A DNA stretch of 64,000 nt, from the NCBI RefSeq assembly GCF_009834535.1, contig NC_045697.1:107262001-107326000 (forward strand). The letters run 5' to 3'. The DNA is from Camelus ferus (Eukaryota). The translations under genes and the position numbers were made by a program. This document shows, in pieces, positions 25,466 to 38,033 of the stretch. The notes below the pieces were generated by a model. The model searched no databases. It worked only from the letters and a program-made list of their open reading frames with translations, and was not told the origin of the DNA. The first letter of the stretch is position 1, and each line of letters starts with the position of its first letter.

Positions 25466-26272
25466 AGGGCTTAAATTTGAATGATAATAACAAAGAAAAT
25501 GAAACATCAGGGAGTATAGAGGAGTGAGGAGAGACTAAAGAATATGTCCTGAAAGCAAGTACAAAAATCTAACACATTATATTAGCAAAGAAAGAGTGGA
25601 TTTAACACAGATTTCTCCTTAAAAATCACGGAGGCCAACAGACAGAAAATATTTTAAAGGACTGAAAGAAAAAAACTAGGAACACAGAATTCTCATGCAA
25701 CAAAAATATTCTTGAGTGATGAAGGCCAAACAAAAATACTTTCAGAAGAAAAACTAAGAAAATATGCTTCCCTCAAAACTATTCAACAAGAAATGCTTCC
25801 CTCAGGAATGAAGGAAGATCCAAAGAACTGTAAATTTCTGAATAAATGTAAGTTTTTCCTTCTCTTAAATTCTTTAAACTACTTATTACAAGTGGAACTA
25901 AAAATTGTAACATTGTCTATGCATTAGATGTAAAATGGAACAATGGTGGAAGTTAAAGGTATCAATGTACTTGCAAAGGTTCTGTATTGTATTTGAAAAG
26001 GTAGAATATTAACACTGGGTATACTGTGAAATTTCTGAAGTAATCATTAAAAAAACTACACAAAGAGATCCAAAACTAAATAGAAATTTTAAAAGAATTC
26101 AAATACAAAGAAAAGGAGAAACAAAGGGGAAAAAATTATACTGAGACAAATAAATAATTAAATGCTAGATGAGGATAAAGCCTTATCAAAAATTACATTA
26201 AAAGTCAAGTTGAAACACAATGAAAAGACTGAGTGACTCACAGTAATAAAACATCCAACCATATACACTATG

Positions 26273-26693
26273 TGTATTAGTCATTGTTTTCTATAGAAAG
26301 AGAAGCAGCAGGATGTGTATATACTCAGAGAAAGACAAATATTTATTTTAAAACATTGGCTCACGCAATTGTGAAGGCTAAGTACAAAATCTACAAGATT
26401 GACAAGTACTTGGGAGACTGAGGAAAATACTGTAATTCAAGTCCAAAGGTATTATGTTGGCAGAATTCCTTTCTGTTCGGGGGAAGGTAAGTCTTTGTTC
26501 TATTAATACTTTCAACTGATTTGATAAGCCCCACCCATATTATGGATGGTAACCTGCTTTACTCAAAGGCCACCAATTTAAATGTTGACTACATCCAAAA
26601 GATACCTTCCCCAAAATATCCAGAATAATGTTTGACCAAACATCAAGATACTATGGATGGCCCAGCCAAAATGACACAAAATTTGCTATCGGA
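26273..26693 (-). mobile_element. ERVL solo LTR (MLT2-like)
   Basis: 'tgtattagtc', 'attggctcacgcaattgtg', 'ttcaactgatt..ccacccatattatgga..ctgctttactcaaag', 'cccagccaaaatgacaca'. Confidence 0.8.
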
Positions 26694-26717
26694 TTGTGTC
26701 ATGAAGAAATTCATTTA

Positions 26718-26814
26718 GGGGGTGGGTGTATAACTCAGCTGGCAGAGCGCATGCTGAGCATGCATGAGGTACTTGGTTCAATTCCCAGTACCTCCATTTG
26801 AAAAAGAAAAAAAA
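26718..26814 (+). mobile_element. tRNA-derived SINE, Vic-1-like (short form)
   Basis: tRNA-like head and A tail; TSD aagaaattca at 26704-26713 and 26815-26824. Confidence 0.85.
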
Positions 26815-28004
26815 AAGAAATTCAATTAACTATAAAGATAGAGATAAATCAAAAGAATGGGGAAAAAAAGATACACCATGCAAACCCAAAGCAAATAAAG
26901 CTGGATTAGAAATATAAATACCAAACTAAGTAGATTTCACATCAAAAAACATTTCTAGGGGGAAAAAAGGTAATAACATAATTATAAAAGCATCAATTCC
27001 CAAAAAGACAACAATTCTAAATATAGTTGTACTTAATATCAGAGTTAAAATACATGAAGCAAAAAAAATGGTAAAAATACAAAGAAAGAAAAATAGAGAA
27101 AAACATAATTATAGTTGGAGGTTTCCATAATCATATCTCAATAAATGACAGAATAGGTAGACAAGGGTCAGTAATGGCACAACAGATCTGAAGAACACTA
27201 TCAACCAAGTTAGCCTGCTTGACATTTACAGAATACTAGTATCTACTAATACTGAATATCCAACAACATCAGAATACATGTACTTTCCCAGTGCATATGG
27301 AACATTTTCCCAGATACATAACCATATTCCAGACCATAAAGCAAGTATCAATAAATTTAAAAGGATTCAAGTCATACAAAGATCCTCATAGACCATGATG
27401 GAATTAAAATTCAAACATGATCTCTGGAACACACTTTCAAATTACAAATGGATAAAACAAGAAATGAAAAAAAAATTATTTTAAATTGAATAAAAATGAC
27501 ATTAAACTGAAGTGCTTAGGAAGAAATTTAAAGCACTAAACACCTATGTTCAAAAAGAAAAAGAGTCCCAAAACAGTGACAATCAATAAATTTGATGAAC
27601 CTCTGGTCAGACTGATTTGGAAAAAAAATAAAAAATAAAAATTATTAGTATCATAAATGAGAGGTAAAAATCACTACAAGCTTTTCAGATATTTAAATGA
27701 AGGAACAACTTTATATCAATAAATCTGACAGTTTAGATGAAACAGACAACTCCTTGATAGATACAAATTTACCAATGTTCATCAAAGAAGAAACAGATCA
27801 CCTAAACAGTCCTGTATCTATTAAGAAAATTGAATTTATAGCTAAAAAGATCCCTACGAAGAAAACTGCATGCCTAGGTAACTTCACTGGTAAATTTTAG
27901 CAAACATTTAAAGAATAAATACCAACAATTCTATACAAACTCTACAAGAAAATTGAAAGACTAGGAGATATTTGCCAAACCATTCTGTGGGGTCAGGACT
28001 TACT

Positions 28005-28343
28005 TTTACATTTAAATCAGTAGACTGAGTAAAGCAGATTACTCTTTATAATGTGGGTGCTTCATCCAATCAGTTGAAGGACTTAACAGAAAAGAAGACT
28101 GACTTTCCTAAAGGAAAAGGGAATTCTCCTGGCAGACAGCTTTTGGACTCAAACTACAACATCAGTTTTTATCTGGGTCTTCAGCCTGCCAGCCTAACCT
28201 GCAAATTTTGGACCGGTCAGCTTCCACAATCACATAAGCCAATTCCTTAACATAAATTTCAATTTCTCTTTCTCTCTCTCATATACATACACATACTCTT
28301 TACCATTTTAGTTGTGTTTCTCTGGGGATCTCTGAAAATATAC
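28005..28343 (+). mobile_element. ERVL LTR fragment (MLT2D-like)
   Basis: 'agtagactgagtaaagcagattac..taatgtgggtg..catccaatcagttgaagg', 'cacataagccaattcctta'. Confidence 0.8.
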
Positions 28344-28365
28344 TCCTTAAGAATAATGTATAAAA

Positions 28366-28441
28366 GGTAGGGAATAGCTCAGTGGTAGAACACATACTTA
28401 GCATGCACAAGGTCCTGGGTTCAATTCCCAGGACCTCTACT

Positions 28442-28475
<34 letters not shown>

Positions 28476-28542
28476 TGAAATAAAATAATTTTTAAAAAAA
28501 GGAAAGAGATAAGAAAAAGAAAACAAGTAGCTATAGAAAAAA
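28366..28542 (+). mobile_element. tRNA-derived SINE, Vic-1-like, with an A31 run
   Basis: 'tagctcagtggtagaacacatacttagcatgcacaaggtcctgggttcaattccc'; pure A at 28443-28473; degenerate TSD taagaataatgtataaa / taaggataatgcttaaa. Confidence 0.88.
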
Positions 28543-28772
28543 TAAGGATAATGCTTAAAGTCATCTTCTCTTGGAGAGAGTGAGTATTGAAAGGTAGCAA
28601 GTAAAGAATTTGTAATAGAGGTTTAATGGAGGAAATTCATTACAACTAGAACACTAAATTAGTCACTGTAACTGATCGTCCAGCAAAGTAGCTATTAAAT
28701 TTTTGTGGCCCCAAAACCTTCTCATTAAATGAAAGATTTAAAACAAAAGTATTCTCTTTTGCTGCTGATGAT

Positions 28773-29162
28773 TGTTATGGACTGAATATGTGCTTCTTAA
28801 TTCAAATGTTAAAGCTCTAAGCCCCCCAGTGGCAGTATTTGGAGATGGAACCTACAAGAAAGCAATTAAGATTAAATCAGGTCATAAAGGTAGGTCCCTC
28901 ATTGAATGGGATGAGTGTCCTTATAAAATGAGACCAAAGAGCATGCTCTCTCTCTTCCTGTCTGTGCACACACAAAGAAGTCATGTGATTAAACAGGAAA
29001 CAGCTATCTGCAACCCAAAGGGAGAGCCCTCAGCAGACACCAACCCTGCAGGCACCTCGATCTTGAACTTCTAGTCTCCAGAACTGTGAGAAAATAAATT
29101 TCAGGTGCATAAGCCAACTGGACTAGGGTACTTTGTCATGGCATCCCAGGTAGACTAATAAA
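28773..29162 (+). mobile_element. MaLR solo LTR (MLT1A-like)
   Basis: Start 'tgttatggactgaat', 'gcacctcgatcttgaacttctagtctccagaactgtgagaaaataaattt', end 'gactaata'; 5-bp TSD atgat at 28768-28772 and 29163-29167. Confidence 0.88.
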
Positions 29163-29541
29163 ATGATGATTTTGGATTGGCGTGGAAGAGGTAATATTTT
29201 AAAGGGATGATAAAGACCTTCTCTTGGCTCACAATTGAATCCTACTATTCTAAAACCTAAACATAATGCTGCTGAAGAATTCAACATTACAACAGCTGTG
29301 TAACATCACTAACCACACAAAACACTGGAACAATTTGCCTGATCTGTCCTCACATTAAATCGTAACACAGCCTCTGTAATTAAAGATTTGTTCCAAAAAC
29401 ATAACACATGAAATAAAGGGATCTTATATCTTAACTCATTTTATAAGATCCAGTAATACTTTTTATATCTAAAAATCTACCATTTCCAAACTAACCTCTT
29501 ATATAAAACATATTAAAATTGTCAATATGTTGAACTCTTAC

Positions 29542-29639
29542 CGTAGCCCGTTCCTTTGGTCAAAAGCAGGTATCATAGAGTTAGGATGTTCTGCCATTAA
29601 TGCAACGAGCAGCTGCAGAACGTCCATTAGATTGTCATC
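29542..29639 (-). CDS. LRBA: LRBA coding exon (approx. exon 17), 98 nt: [32 protein letters not shown](R)
   Basis: Acceptor ttttag|GAT, donor CG|gtaaga; phase 0-2. Confidence 0.96.
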
Positions 29640-30369
29640 CTAAAACCATTTCAGAATTTTTTAAATAAAGAAAAATAACTTATTTGAACAATGGCTACTT
29701 CTTAAACAGTAAAAATTTCAACTTTAAAAAAATAAGTAGACAAATGGACAAATATATGTGTTTTTAACAAACTAGTTCTTTACATATACATACTCATCTA
29801 TATAACTCAAAATATACATCAAATAATTAGATAATTTCCTAATCAAAGATATAAAATGTCTCTTACATTATATTGTATCAAGATTTCCTAAAACATACTC
29901 TATAGATACAAGCGATCTGACTTTCAGGTTTGTTTTTTTTTTTAAAAAAAAAAAAAAAAGGAAAGATTATACATCAAGAAATTGGGGGAGGAGGAGAAAC
30001 CAGGTTGTTCTTTTTTATTACATATTACAGCAAGACATATTAAAGCCTTTAATATGCTAACAGATGTTGTGAATATGGTAGTGGTCTTGGGGGAAACATA
30101 TTGTGTATCATTTCCTAAGCTTATTTAACTAGGACCACTTTCAGCACTGAGGCTGTCAAGAAACTAGTTCCGAAGGAAAACCATTTAAGAAATGATAGCT
30201 GGATAGTTCTCATATATTATCTGTTGTCTGGATTAAAGATATTGATGATCAATAAATGTTTACTGAGTCAATATACTACTGTATGTGGTATAACTTGGTA
30301 ACATTTGCAGAATAGCAGAGGAACACACGTGAGTTCTGAAATCTAGAAATTTCAAGAAAATCCTTCACA

Positions 30370-30532
30370 GGGAGGTAGGGGCAGGTGGGAGGGTATAGCA
30401 CAGTGGTACAGCGCGTGCCTAGCATGCCTGAGGTCCTGAGTTCAATCCCCAGGACGAACATTATAAATAAATAAATAAATAAATATAAATAAACCCAATT
30501 ACCTCCCCTCACCAAAAAACAAAAATTTTTTT
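30370..30532 (+). mobile_element. tRNA-derived SINE, Vic-1-like
   Basis: A and B boxes, (TAAA)n, 'cccaattacctcccc'; TSD aatccttcaca / aattcttcaca. Confidence 0.9.
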
Positions 30533-31686
30533 TAATTCTTCACATTGAATAATCCAGTATGGATGCATACCATTAGGGCCAACATGGCAACACTAACCCA
30601 AGAAGTAAAGAGAAGCAGCAGTTACTCATCTCTGTTGCCACCACCTCCAGGTTTTTCTTCACACCTTTGAACTTCTACTGTGGTAGCTACCTGAATATTT
30701 AATTTTCAATATGCTAAGAAAATGATCTAGAAGTAAGGTACTGAGCCTTTGTAAAAGTGTTATTTCAAGGACCTGAAAAAATTCCTGACTTAATAGTTTC
30801 AGAGAAAACAGAAAATCACTGTGACTTTCAGTTTCTGTCTTGTGAAATATTTTGGTTTCAGGGTCAGAAAAATCTAAAATTATATCCTACTCTAGACAAA
30901 AATGAAATCACAGTCATTAATGTTTGTTTCAAATATAAGTGAATCAGGAAATTTACCCCATTCTTTTCTGCCCCAATTAACAAAGATAGGTCCAAACAGT
31001 ATCTCTTACCCATTAATGATTTTAAAAGGTACTATTTCATGCTGTAACAGATATCTGTAAACTCACAAGACATGAATTATAACATAGGAATGTAAGTTAT
31101 AATATAAATGTTGTATTTTATATGAAATCAATTTCCAAATTCTACTTATTTAAAACACATTTAATCAGATAATTTATTTAGACTACATCTGGCATATTTT
31201 ACATTTTCCCAGTGCTAAAAAATATTTCAACCTATTTATTTTTTAGCCTCCTTTTCAACCACATAATTTTAAATTGATTATAAATGAGCTATTTAACTTA
31301 ACAGTATTTGAACATGCAAAATCAGTGGGAAGATGATGTTATAAATTAAAAAGTCCAATCATTTTTGGTCATTTTTGTTACCTATTTTTCCATTTGTTAA
31401 ACTGGTTCCTGGAAAAACACTGAAAGTATTCTCTGGTTTACTTTATTATTAGGTCAATGAGATCTAATTTTAACAGCTTTTAAAGTCTTTCACGATTATT
31501 CTCAGAGGAATTTTGTGGTATAAAGAATATTTAAATGAAGGTTCCTAAGATTTAGTTCCTAGATACATTTACTCTCCATTATAGTTATATGATTAATAAA
31601 AGATTTCTTTAACTTTTTTACTTTTAAAAAAAGCCCATAATGCAGCTTTAAAAAATAAAACCACAAATATAAAATTCAAATGTTAC

Positions 31687-31749
31687 CTCATGCATAGTGA
31701 GAAGGTAATTAAGGATGGCCTGTAGCTCATCTTCCTTTACTCCAGAATC
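31687..31749 (-). CDS. LRBA: LRBA coding exon (approx. exon 16), 63 nt: DSGVKEDELQAILNYLLTMHE
   Basis: Acceptor tttaaag|GAT, donor GAG|gtaaca; phase 0-0. Confidence 0.95.
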
Positions 31750-33045
31750 CTTTAAAAACATAATACAAGAATCTTACATATAAAAAACTTAAAAAAAAAA
31801 ATTATACACATAGATTTGTCAATGTGGTCAGCTGCTATAAATATAAAAGATAATGGAATATAGAATCTAAATTTAAAATAAAAATTGGAGGAAGCACTAA
31901 AGACATGCCATATGCAAGACTCTGTAGAAGTCAAAGGAGATCTGACATCAGAATCCTGTTTTGAGCATCTTATGACATATAACCTATCTAGTAAAGCTAC
32001 AGAATCTTGAACTAAGGAAAAATAATAAACAATAAGTAAAAGGATATTACTCACACCTATCACTCCTCTAAATATACAAGACAATTTTTCTATTTATTTT
32101 TTTCTATTAAATTTGGAGTAAAATGAACAGTTGTTAAATTGCCAGGTTAAAATGTCAGGTACTAAAAATTGAATAGTAATTTCACTGGGAAAAACACTAT
32201 TTTAAAATATGAATTTATTATGGAAAATTTCAAGCTACTGTATTAATTTATTAACCATAAAGCTGAAATCTCAAAAAAGAACTGTAAGAAAGAGAACTAG
32301 GAAACAAAATACACTAGGTAAAAATAGAAGCAGACAATTCAAGGGATAAATTTTTTAATAAATAGAAATAAACTATCTGAGTCTGGAAGATATAGTAAAA
32401 GTTAGATCTACTTACCACAATATTACATGACAGCTAATAAAGCATTAAATTGTAAGAGTAAGAAATAAAATGATACAGGAAAATACCGAATAGAATATTG
32501 GCCACAAACACATTTATATACTGCCATCTTACAAAACCAAAACACATTCATTAAAAAATAATATTAAATTTTACTTTACCTGTAATAGAATGAAATGGGG
32601 AAATGTCATCATTTCTAAAGGCCTATATACATATCATGGACATTTACACAGGAAAATTGTTTCTCAAAATCTGAATATCAAGTACAAGGAGACCCTAAAA
32701 ATGAAACCTCCTTGAGAGGCTTTGTTGACTCCTGCATCACCAGTTCTAAGAATAGCACAAGTAACAGAACTCAGTAAATATTTGCTGAATGAAAGAATGA
32801 ATACACTTGAACTCCTAGACACAGAAATTCATGTAATATATATTACAATTAACAATCTCCAAGTCTGCATTAATGTTTATCAACAGATGCCTAAGAAAGA
32901 AGGACAAAATACAAAGGAGTAAATAAATATCTCTCAAAGTGTTTTCCTATTAACAGAGCAAAGAGTAAATAAACCAAGATTTTATTTTATGTGAAATTGT
33001 AAGTTACAATACACACGTGCTATAGGGTAAGAAATACAAACTCAC

Positions 33046-33125
33046 CTTCATCACTAATTGCTTAATGAACATCAACAAGAATGCTCGTAGGGAAAGTATT
33101 TCTTTTTGATTAGGTCGTGGTCCAT
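33046..33125 (-). CDS. LRBA: LRBA coding exon (approx. exon 15), 80 nt: (D)GPRPNQKEILSLRAFLLMFIKQLVMK
   Basis: Long poly-T tract then taaag|AT, donor AAG|gtgagt; phase 1-0. Confidence 0.95.
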
Positions 33126-34389
33126 CTTTAAAAAAAAAAAAAAAAAAACACACATACTGGGTATTTCAAAGACATCAAAGCAAATAAAATACTCATTCCC
33201 AATAGTTTTTCCACTTATTTACAAGAAACATAAAGGTCAGTCTCCTAAAGAGTTTTATGTCTCTAAAAAGACAAGCACTCAGTCTCACATGCAATTGTAT
33301 ATACTACGCTCTAAATGTACAAAATAGGTTATGTTGAAACTGCAATGAAGAAGTTTGTTTTTGAGGAAAGTCAAAGGAATTTCAAAACATGAGGCAATAA
33401 GTTAAATCTGTATTCCACAGTAACATGCATTTATATTTTGTTTTAAAAGACTCTCTGAGAATGTTACTATGGTAACATAAGTTTACAAAGAAAGAAATCT
33501 AAACTTTGGATGTGAATTTAGTATTTAAAAAACTTTTTTTCTAGTGTTACCATTGTATAAGCAAACATAAAAACCTCAAAAAGTTTACCTCAACACAGTA
33601 TCATTCATGAAGAAGGGAAACATTATGCTGACTACCTCTGACGAGTCTCCTCTTCTTGAAAAAGTCCTTGGTCACACATGGCTCACATTATAGTCAATTT
33701 TCATGTCTCAAACATATAATTCCAAAGAAGAAAGTTTTTGAAACAAAACACCCATTGTTCTAAGATACTAATTTAGGTAATTGTTCACCTCATATTTTCT
33801 GCACTTTTCCTCCCACTAATCACTATATACAGCTAGTCCCTAGACCACCAAAGCATAGGACCACCATGACCTTGAACAGATCAATTAAAATAGGAAGAAA
33901 ATTGTTTAAAATTTGTTCCATATGACAATTCCTAGACAAAGAACAGGTTAGAAGTTACAACAGAACCACAAAATTCATCCAGCTCTCTCACTTGAAGTAT
34001 GAGACTTTCCCAAGGTCACTAATCAGTTATAAAAATCAAAGCAACAATACAATACTAACACCCAGGACAGGACATGATACACCTACAGCACCATGAAATA
34101 ATTACCGGGAAATTATGGCCTAACTAGATTGGCCACAACCTTGCCAGCTTAAACAGATCATTTACCTTCTGTGTGTCCTCACAGCTTTCTAAATCATACA
34201 TAGCATATTCTCTGAGAATAAATCCAGTTTATTTTGAAAGGGATTAAAAAAAATAAGTAACGTACAAATACGAAACCTTGTCTTTGTGAGTCACTCAATG
34301 CCCAGAGCCTTTCAGTACAATCAGAATGTATTTGTTTGACTTTCCAGAATCTATTTCCTGATTTCAAGCAACAGCCCTCCATGTTTATA

Positions 34390-34815
34390 AAGGGACTGAA
34401 CCTATCTTCACTCTCAGATCTTGTGTTACGGAGGTAAGAAGAGCCTCCATGCCTGGGTAATGTGAAGAATACCTGCCACACGGATGGATACATGATGCAA
34501 CCTGAGCCAATGAGCAGCAAAGAGATGAAAAGGGACTTTTACTGGAAATGCCTGATGCAGGCAAATGCTCTTTTGCTGGATTTAAAGTTGTGAGGATGTG
34601 AGGGGAGAGTGGCTGCTTGCTCCTACAAAGGGAGAGAATATATGAAAAGAGCCAACACAGCAGTGGGAAATGGAGAGAGACAAATTGGGTCCAAGGGCCA
34701 TATTCAGAACTTCTGCACTAAGTTCTACTGAAACTGCCAGCTTATATGAGCTGATTAAATCCCGTTTACGATATAAGACGGTTTGAAGTAGGTGTTGTAA
34801 TACTTATAACCAAAA
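34390..34815 (+). mobile_element. Old MaLR LTR (MLT1J/K-like)
   Basis: 'ctgagccaatgag', 'agccaacacag', 3' end 'gtttgaagtaggtgttgtaatacttataaccaaaa'. Confidence 0.5.
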
Positions 34816-35399
34816 CAGCCACCATTTGTCAAAATTTGTATTTTGATCCCTTCCATGTACTACTGACATGACGAATGAATGTTACCCTTCCAGTAATTTA
34901 GTCCTGATTATACAGGAAAATAACTACTGAAACTCTGTAATCTCATTATATTATTTATTAGAAGCAGATACTCCTTACTCCTACAAAAAATCTCCATCTC
35001 CAAAAAAAAAAAAAGTTGTCAATGATTCTCATTGTGATAACTGGCCTCAGCATTGATACCAGTTGCTAATATAGCATTTCTTCTTATTCTCAATGTCTTA
35101 AAAATCATTCAAATCATATCTCCTCCCCAAACAACTCAAACTAGCAAAAGCAGCATTCTTCTATAAAAGCATCAAGCTATTAACCTCTGACAACCACAAT
35201 TTAGGACAAACTACTAAAATTAAGGACAAACTATTAAAATCATCAACAAGATTAAAATAAAAGTTGCCACGATGAGATTTAGAAAAATTTTCAGAATAAT
35301 GTAATTGTATTGTGAAGAAAGGGTAGGAAGGGAGGAAGGAAGGAAGGAAATCCTGACTTGCCATATTTAGAACGTAATATATAGATGCAGATGATATAC

Positions 35400-35568
35400 C
35401 TAATCCTTTTGGGGTGATACCACTCCGATCCTGAGGATTCACTGCCCAGTAGTAGTACTTCAGTGTGTGCATGATGAGAAGCACTGTTCCAACTCTCCGA
35501 ATGGCATTATATATGTTGACTGTGCCAATGAATTCCGTGGACAGGTAAGTATAGAGAGTCAACTGAAC
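35400..35568 (-). CDS. LRBA: LRBA coding exon (approx. exon 14), 169 nt: [56 protein letters not shown](D)
   Basis: Acceptor ctctag|GTT, donor G|gtatat; phase 0-1; overlaps ORF 35161..35562. Confidence 0.96.
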
Positions 35569-36602
35569 CTAGAGAATCAAAATGAAGAGCTCAAATCAAA
35601 GAAGCAGACCAGCATTCTACCTGTTTCCACTGATACCCTCAGGCTGTTCTACTTGGATCATACTTGTTCCAAAAAGTAAGATACTGACCTTGATAATAAC
35701 ATCTATGTAAACATACTCACAAGCACATATACTCCTTGTAAGATGAAACCAAGCAATTTCTTCTTTTACAGTAGCATTTTAAAGTAAAAAACCCCAATTA
35801 CATCAAATTTTTGCAGCACTACTTCATGGAAGAAAATTGATTCCTATTTAGCAATCAGCAATTATTCACAAGCATGGATAATTTCTTTATAATAAACCTA
35901 CTATTATGCTATGCATGGTTGTTTTAAAAAGCTAGAAATTGTCTTGTTTTATAAAAAAAATTAATAGATGGAATAACTCAAAAGAAAGAAAAAAGTGAGA
36001 GTAACTCAAAAGAAAAAAAGTAAGAATAGGTCAGAAGAAAGAAAATCATACAAAGACATATAAAGCCTACCTTAAAAAATATTTATTAGAAAAACAGGAT
36101 TCTGTTATAAGTTTATTACTACAAAGATTGTAACCACAACATTGTAGTCTCTAAAATTCACAAACAACTACACTCCAGTACTCATAATAGCACAAAATAA
36201 AGACGACTTTTGCTGTACTTCATATTAAAATCAGTAATCTTTCATTGCACTGCTAGTGCATGTACTTTTTAAACTAAACAATATTAAGTATTTCATTTTT
36301 AACCCTGAAAGATAACAATTAGGTGCCTTCTTCCAGATGTCCTATAAATAATCAAGGCTAAATGAATTAGGGAGTCAATCAGGAACCATACATGGTAAAA
36401 GCTGGTAGATTCTGAACCACATAAAATTGAGGCTTAGAAGACGAGTGTAGTTTAGAAAACCATAAATATGTTATGATCCATAGACTTGCTGAAAGATAAC
36501 GTTAGTTTGATGTAGCTACTGCTGTTCAAATGGATAAAATCAGTTTGTTACTGAAGACATGTAATGCTTTCTATGGCATGGTTCAAATTCTTAACCGTGC
36601 TA

Positions 36603-37010
36603 GTTCAGTCATTCAAAAATATTTATATCTACCTATATGCGTAGCACTGTATAATTGGAAATAATAATGGTATAGACATTGTCCCTCAGTAGCTGAAAAT
36701 CTAATTGAGAAGATAAAACATACACACAAGTTTAAGTGAAAAACCAAAGGTAATAAAGACACCTACTGAAATATAAGAAAGGTTATGTGGCAATACGTAA
36801 TTAGTTGCAAAATGACTGCCACAGAGCTACTAAATATTATGAATTCAGAGGTCAGAGAAATTAATTTGGGATAAGTTAAAATAGTCAAGAAAAGCTTCAC
36901 TAATAGAGCAGGTATTGAGGCAGGCGTTGAAGATGCCCAAAAGAACAGGTAGACAGAACAAAAAAGGAAATTTCAAACAGGGAAAATGGTAGGTGATACA
37001 AAAGGTTACC
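36603..37010 (-). mobile_element. LINE-2 fragment
   Basis: 'ttcagtcattcaaaaatattta..acctatatgcgtagcactgt..gtccctcagtagctgaaaatcta'. Confidence 0.5.
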
Positions 37011-37022
37011 CTAAATCTAGAA

Positions 37023-37207
37023 CAACCATCCTCAATATTGACTGTGAAGTAAAACACCTAAAAAACATTTAAATACTGATATCTGAGTCCTGTCCCAGAC
37101 CAATTAAATCAGAATCTAGGGTGGAAAGAGTGGAATTCTGTTTTTGTTTCCCAAAAAGAGCCTCTCCCAACTAACTATACAGACACCCAACAGTAAGAAC
37201 TACCACT
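37023..37207. mobile_element. hAT-Charlie MITE (MER5-like)
   Basis: 'cccagaccaattaaatcagaatct' core; flanked by ctag. Confidence 0.55.
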
Positions 37208-37850
37208 CTAGGATAACCTTTTGGTAACTCCCCAGCCATTGTGGATAAATAAGTTTTTCAGACTGGAAAGAAGAATTGGTATGAAGACTGAATGCAGTAA
37301 ACAGTGAGAAGTCATTACAAGTTTGGGGGCTAAGAAATGATCTGATGAGAGTGATATGTTCAAAACGTACTGGAATTCTAGACAGAAAGTGATAAACTAA
37401 GATATAAAAAAACTGTAGAAAGTCACTCTATTGAGAATGATACTATATTAAAGAAAATGAATAGGATTTAACAGCAACAAATTGAGGTAAGAATGGAGAC
37501 AAGATTATTCACATTCTAATTATGAATAAACCTTTCTTCATTCACTCTTTATATAATCTGATAACCACACAAATTACATGTTAACATCTGTCTTTCCCAT
37601 TACACCTAAGTTTTATGAGGGCAGGAATTACATCTGTCATGTTCACCACCGTATCCATAGTGCCCAGCAGAAAGTAGCAACTCAACAAATGAAAGACTAC
37701 TCCCTACAAGAAAACTCATCTCTCTAGTTAGGTCATTAAAAAGCCTGTCTCTGAGCAGACCAAAGATAAATGGATACCACAAATGACTGTGAGTATCCTT
37801 GTCTAAAGGCAGAGTTTGATTCATATATCCATACTCTTAACTTCAGTAAC

Positions 37851-38033
37851 CAGAGGTGAATTTACCATGAAGTTAATGAAGCTTAAACTATATACCCACC
37901 CATCTATACAGGTTCCTTCCATGACCCTAAAACGAATTTTGTATGCATTATGTTGTTTTCCTTTTCATAAAAAGCCCCTTCCTCACCCAAACTGTGTGAC
38001 CTTCAGATCAAACAAACTTTGGATCTGCCCTTT
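37851..38033. mobile_element. hAT MITE (MER53-like)
   Basis: 'cagaggtgaatttaccatgaagttaatgaagcttaa' and terminal 'tggatctgccc' match recalled MER53 ends. Confidence 0.75.

Larger units (their letters stand above)
24120..27995 (+). mobile_element. Decayed LINE-1 (5'/ORF1 region and start of ORF2), interrupted by MLT2 and two SINEs
   Basis: A-rich L1 motifs; ORF 27697..27900 (LDETDNSL..KEETDHLNSPVSIKKIE) resembles L1 ORF2. Confidence 0.75.

Noticed and set aside
29933..29959. T11-A16 palindrome, and a 10-bp inverted repeat at 4694-4715
   Set aside because: Low-complexity or chance hairpins, expected in AT-rich DNA.
35390..35400. U12-type intron at donor G|gtatat
   Set aside because: Does not match the U12 consensus GTATCCTT; none of the 18 donors does.
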